NCBI RefSeq assembly: GCF_006345805.1
Contig: NC_043019.1
Coordinates: 4,463,360 to 4,527,359 of the forward strand
From: Octopus sinensis
Taxonomy: Eukaryota
DNA length: 64,000 bases
Direction of reading: 5' to 3'
Made by a program: the position numbers and the translations under genes. Below, in pieces: positions 59,393 through 64,000 of the stretch. The notes below the pieces were generated by a model. It was not told the DNA's origin, made no database searches, and saw only the letters and a program-made list of their open reading frames with translations. Numbering within the stretch: the stretch's first letter is position 1; each line of letters begins with the position of its first letter.

Positions 59393-59658
59393 AGACACTG
59401 AAATTGTAAATGTTACTCTTTTACTCTTTTACTTGTTACAGTCATTTGACTGCGGCCATGCTGGAGCATCACCTTGAGGGGTTTCTGTTGAAGAAATCAA
59501 GCCCAGGACTTATTTTCTTAAGCCTAGTCAGTCTCTTTTGCCAAACTGCTAAGTTATGGGGATGTAGCCATGCCAACACCAGTCGTCAAGTGGTGATGGG
59601 GGGGGGACAAACGCAGATACAAAGACATACACACACACACATATATATATATACATAA

Positions 59659-60072
59659 GGCGGCGAGCTGGCAGAAACGTGAGCATGCCGGGCGAAATGC
59701 TAAGTGGTATTTCGTCTGCCGCTACGTTCTGAGTTCAAATTCCGCCAAGTTCGACTTTGCCTTTCATCCATTCGGGGTCGATAAATTAAGTACCAGTTAT
59801 GCACTGGGGTCGATGTAATCGACTTGATCCCTTTATCTGTCCTTGTTTGTCCCCTCTATGTTTAGCCCCTTGAGGGTAGTAAAGAAATAGGTATTTCGTC
59901 TGCCGCTATGTTCTGAGTTCAAATTCCGCTGAGGTCGACTTTGCCGTTCATCCTTTTGGGGTCAATAAATTAAGTACCAGTTACGCACTACGGTCGATGT
60001 AATTGACTTGATCCCTTTATCTGTCCTTGTTTGTCCCCTCTATGTTTAGCCCCTGTGGGCAATAAAGAAATA
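59659..60072 (+). mobile_element. S1 SINE dimer between S2 halves (59408-59655 and 60095-60255, minus)
   Basis: Full head; junction GAAATA|GGTATTTC at ~59888; (TA)n flanks. Confidence 0.9.
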
Positions 60073-60861
60073 ATATATATATATATACATATATATACAA
60101 TGGACTTTTTTCAATTTCCGTCTACCAAATCCACTCACAAGGCTTTGGTCAGCCTAAGGCTATTGTAGATGACACTGGCCCTAGGTGCCATTCAACAGGA
60201 CTGAACACGAAGCCATGTTGTTGGGAAGCAAGTTCTTCATCATACAGCCATGCCTGTGTCTTTTGTTTTGCAGATGTATCCATGTTTCCACTGAAAAAGT
60301 CCCATATCGTTTCAACCCTGGAACGGGCATTTTTGCTTGTTCCATATAGTTGTTCAGATATGTTTTCCATGGGTTTCATCTTGTCTTTTTTTGGACAAGA
60401 TGGCTACTACAAGTTGAAACAGAGGAGTGGTTGTTGGATAAAAAATTACAAATAGACAAGAATCCAGTTACTGGAAGATGAACACATCCTTCCAGGTGAG
60501 GAAAGATTTTAGGATCAGATTAGTATACTAGTTAAGTGGGAATTTACAACAGGTGGTGGGTTTCTCTAAAAAGGAAATTCAAAGAGACATCTGTTAGTTT
60601 TAGCCAAGAAATTGCTTTAGAAAACTATAGAGTAGAAAATAAACTAGTCAGTATCTTCGAAAAGGCATGTAGAAGAGGAATAACAAAGCGCTAGCGACAA
60701 GAATGGCCTTTAACCATTTTGCAATGTAAAACATGACTGTGTGGTAAGTAGCTTGCTTACCAACCACATGGTTCCGGGTTCATTCCCACTGCGTTGTGCT
60801 GGATCTACACTTGTATGGTGTATATTGGGGATATCTTTAGGTATGGTATCTCTGGTGTTGA

Positions 60862-60899
<38 letters not shown>

Positions 60900-61446
60900 T
60901 ATTATTATTATTATGGTTATTATTGTGTGTATTGCTGTTGTTATTTTTTCTATTCAAATAGAAGGTGTCAAGTTTTTTTTATTATTCATGGAGGAGATCA
61001 TAGTGGCCAGGTTGTGTGTCAGACTATAACCTATTCTTATTGTTTTACTATTGATAGTTTCCCCGTATTTAATTTTTCCTTTTGTAAAGTATTTGTTTAT
61101 TAGTTTAAAGATTGGTTTTACTAAGTTGTTTTTAATTTGCATAACATATGGTAGTATTAACCAGATAGTATTGTTTCCTATGTTCATAGGATTGGGGTTA
61201 ATGTTCTTTAGCCTATTGTTATTATTAGGGCAGTAACTTTTATTATTAATAATATTGACATTATACCTATCATTAGTACTGCCATTGTTATCACTATTTA
61301 TGCAGCTGATGATGGTACCTGCTTGAGATTTCTTATATCTGTGTTTGCCACTAGGATTTTAAAATTTATTATTAATTCCTATATTATTTCTATCATTGCT
61401 TGCATCATAGGTATTTATAGTATTTTCATTATTATTCCCATTATTA

Positions 61447-61858
61447 CATCATCATCATCGTTTAACGTCCGTTTTCCACGCTAGCACGGGTTGGACGGTT
61501 CGACCGGGGTCTGGGAAGCCAGGAGGCTGCACCAGGCTCCAGTCTGATCTGGCAGAGTTTCTACAGCTGGATGCCCTTCCTAACGCCAACCACTCCGCGA
61601 GTGTAGTGGGTGCTTTTTACGTGCCGCCTGCACAGGTGCCGGGGGGGGGGTCCGGCATCGGCCACGGTTGGTTGGAGCTTTTAACGTGCGACTGGCACGG
61701 AAGCCAACCAAGGCGGCACTGGCAACGGCCACGTTCGGATGGTGCCTTTTATGTGCCACCGGCACTGGAGCCAGTCGAGGCAGCGCTGGCATTGGTCACG
61801 TTCGGACGGTGCTTTTTATGTGCCACCAGCACTGGAGCCAGTCGAGGCGGCGCTCAGG
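61447..61858 (-). mobile_element. S3 element with ~4 core repeats
   Basis: (CAT)n tail; GGTGCTTTTTACGTGCC repeats. Confidence 0.85.
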
Positions 61859-62586
61859 GAAAGTATTTAATTTTATCCTTATACTCTGCATTTTTAAGTG
61901 CTCTATTATACTTATCCTTGTGCTTATCAAAAATGTCTTCATTTGAGGAGAGATTTCAAATTCTTCTGCTTATATTTCTTAAAAGGGCCCTTTTTATTTG
62001 TTGGGTATGGTTGCTGAAATTGTTTATATACCTTAAATTGGAGTTCTGTTTCTGATACAGTTCCTGTAGTCGAGTGTTCAAGTTACAGTTTACGTCTAAA
62101 TAGTCAATGGAGTTATTTTCATTTTCTATAGTTAAAGAAAGACCAAATCTACTGGAAAACTTATGTAGGTGTTTCTTTGATAATTCCAGGCATCTATTTG
62201 AGTGATTTCTAACTATAAAGTATGTGTTGTCCCTATACAAACCTCTTCTTAATTCTGGGAATTCCTTGTTTATGTTGTCTAAAAGATATATTCCTACTAA
62301 GTCAGTCACTTACGCTGAATCTGACGAACCCATTGTGATATCAAATAGATTAGGGGTATCATTTCATGCCCATAGTTTGTTATCGAATCCGATGACAGTT
62401 TTTTGGGGGCCATAAGTACAACATTTATTTCCCTTGTGCTTAAATTAGGGAATTTCTTGGCGAAAATAAGAGCACTGTTCAAAACAGTAGGATTGAAGAG
62501 TAATAGTTTTGTACATCTATTTGTAAGAATTTCTGATTATTCTTATTTTGTATACTGGAGAATCAGTCTAGAGCACTTTGGGTGTT

Positions 62587-62939
62587 ACAACGCCAGGTCA
62601 TAGTGCTAGTGCATGCATATACAGCTGCATGCATGTGCACATACATGCGAGTACTGTCCAAATCTTCGACCAATCACATAGAGCTAGCTGGCATTCAATT
62701 GGCGTATCAAGTTTCGGGCAATTTGATTTGGGTTTTGGATAGAAAATTCACAAAAAAGTCACTTCTATTGATTTTTTAATGGCTTTGTGGGGTGACTGGG
62801 GAAATGTAAAGATGTGCACGACCACCCTTGGACGGTTTTGAATGACCATAGAAAGTGCGAGCCCTCCAACTGAACAATTGTAGATTTGTATAAAGGATAC
62901 ACACACACAGACAGACATTTTGCCGTTTACATATATAGA
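62587..62939 (-). mobile_element. Non-autonomous Helitron, 3' hairpin partly deleted
   Basis: On minus it starts A|TCTATATATGTAAAC; only the right arm GGTCATAGTGCTAGT of the 52412-type hairpin remains. Confidence 0.7.
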
Positions 62940-63150
62940 TATTACTTTACTTAGTTTACCTATGTCTGATTTATTAGGGCATATTAATCTAACTTGTGTT
63001 TTATTTAAGAAGTTATCCGTATGGTCCTTAATTGTAATACAGGGTCTGATTGGTGTAAATGGCTCTGTCTTATCATCTAAATAAAAATCCAACATAATAT
63101 TCTTAGCTTCTAAATTGAATTTTTCCGTGTAAGTTTGGAGTTATACTCCC

Positions 63151-63181
<31 letters not shown>

Positions 63182-63182
<1 letters not shown>

Positions 63183-63865
63183 GGCGAAGGAGTGGGTGTG
63201 TGGTAAGTAGCTTGCTTACCAACTACACTACACCTTGGGCAAGTGTCTTCTACTATAGCCTTAGGCTGACCGAAGCCTTGTGAGTGGAAACTGAAAGAAG
63301 CTTGTCGTATATATGTGTGTGTGTGTGTATATATATTTGTGTGTCTGTGTTTGTCCCACCATCGCTTGACAACCAATGTTGGTGTGTTTACGTCCCCATA
63401 ATTTAGTGGTTTAACAGAAAGGAATGATAGAATAAGTCCTAGGGTCGATTTGCTCGACTAAAGGCAGTGCTCCAGCATGGCCACAGTCAAATGACTGAAA
63501 CAAGTAAAAGAATAATAGGTGCAAGCATGGTAAGTAGCTTGCTTACCAACCACATACTTCTAAGGTTCAGTCCCTCTTCGTGGCACCCAGGGCAAGTGTC
63601 TTCTACTATAGCCTTGGGCCAACCAAAGCCTTGTGAGTGAATTTGGTAGACGGAAACTGAAAGAAGCTTGTCGTATATATGTGTGTGTTTGTGTGTCTGT
63701 GTTTGTCCCCCCCCCACCATTGCTTGACAACCAATGCTGGTGTGTTTACACCCCCGTAACTTAGCAGTTTGGCAAAAGAGACTGATATAATAAGTACTAG
63801 GCTTACAAAGAATAAGTCCTGGGGTCAACTTGTTCGACTAAATGACAGAAACAAATAAAAGAATA
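63182..63865 (+). mobile_element. Two head-to-tail deleted S2 SINEs (63182-63512, 63516-63865)
   Basis: Two successive S2 heads and 3' domains. Confidence 0.8.
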
Positions 63866-64000
63866 TAAAAACGTATATAATTGACAAAATTGGAGTCAGG
63901 AAGGGGGAGTACGGTTAGATGTTTTTTTTTATTATTTGCTGCAATTGTTTCGACACAACATAGTTCTCCAAGAATACAGGTATTTGATTATGCAACTGTT

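Larger units (their letters stand above)
60900..63100 (-). mobile_element. Decayed Penelope-like retroelement (RT and downstream region), split by an S3 and a Helitron
   Basis: ITIKDHTDNF..VRLICPNKSDIGKLSK; FLQIDVQNYYSSI; FDITMGSSDSA*VTDLVGIYLL; GLYRDN (catalytic YRDD mutated); IDYLDV; SNHTQQI; KYFTKG..TIRIGYSLTHN. Confidence 0.9.

Noticed and set aside
60274-60495. 222-bp segment with good acceptor (TTTTGCAG) and donor (CAG|GTGAGG)
   Set aside because: All three frames contain stops and no homology was recognised; it could only be a non-coding exon.
3811-63828. Recurrent 60-135-aa ORFs (MSSNARGTNTDT.., MLGGQTQT..)
   Set aside because: Translations of S2 SINE copies across their central microsatellite.

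Overview
AT-rich, repeat-saturated eukaryotic non-coding DNA, most likely from an octopus (coleoid cephalopod). That assignment is inferred from the SINE landscape, the (TA)n/(ATT)n microsatellites and a mollusc-type 5S pseudogene; I cannot verify it here. I recognise no intact host gene, tRNA/rRNA gene or CRISPR array. Nearly all ORFs in the track are by-products of SINEs, microsatellites, satellites or decayed transposons. The window holds about 35 copies of one tRNA-derived SINE (working name S2) and several other SINE families (S1, S3, S4; my labels). It also holds RTE, CR1/L2-group, Dong/R4, Penelope-like (PLE) and Gypsy remnants, a solo LTR, Tc1/mariner, piggyBac-like and Merlin-like DNA elements, Helitrons, a 5S pseudogene and two ~1-kb tandem duplications. 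Most notable observations: (1) several short elements carrying minimal type-I hammerhead ribozyme motifs, including tandem core-variant pairs and one behind a tRNA-like head; (2) S1 SINE multimers with an invariant self-complementary junction, one inside a single 15-bp TSD; (3) a ~460-bp non-coding element arrayed in (ATT)n next to Dong/R4 LINEs; (4) a 2.2-kb higher-order satellite grown inside a Helitron 3' end; (5) long fold-back palindromes. Coordinates were counted by hand; SINE ends are approximate (+/-10 bp).
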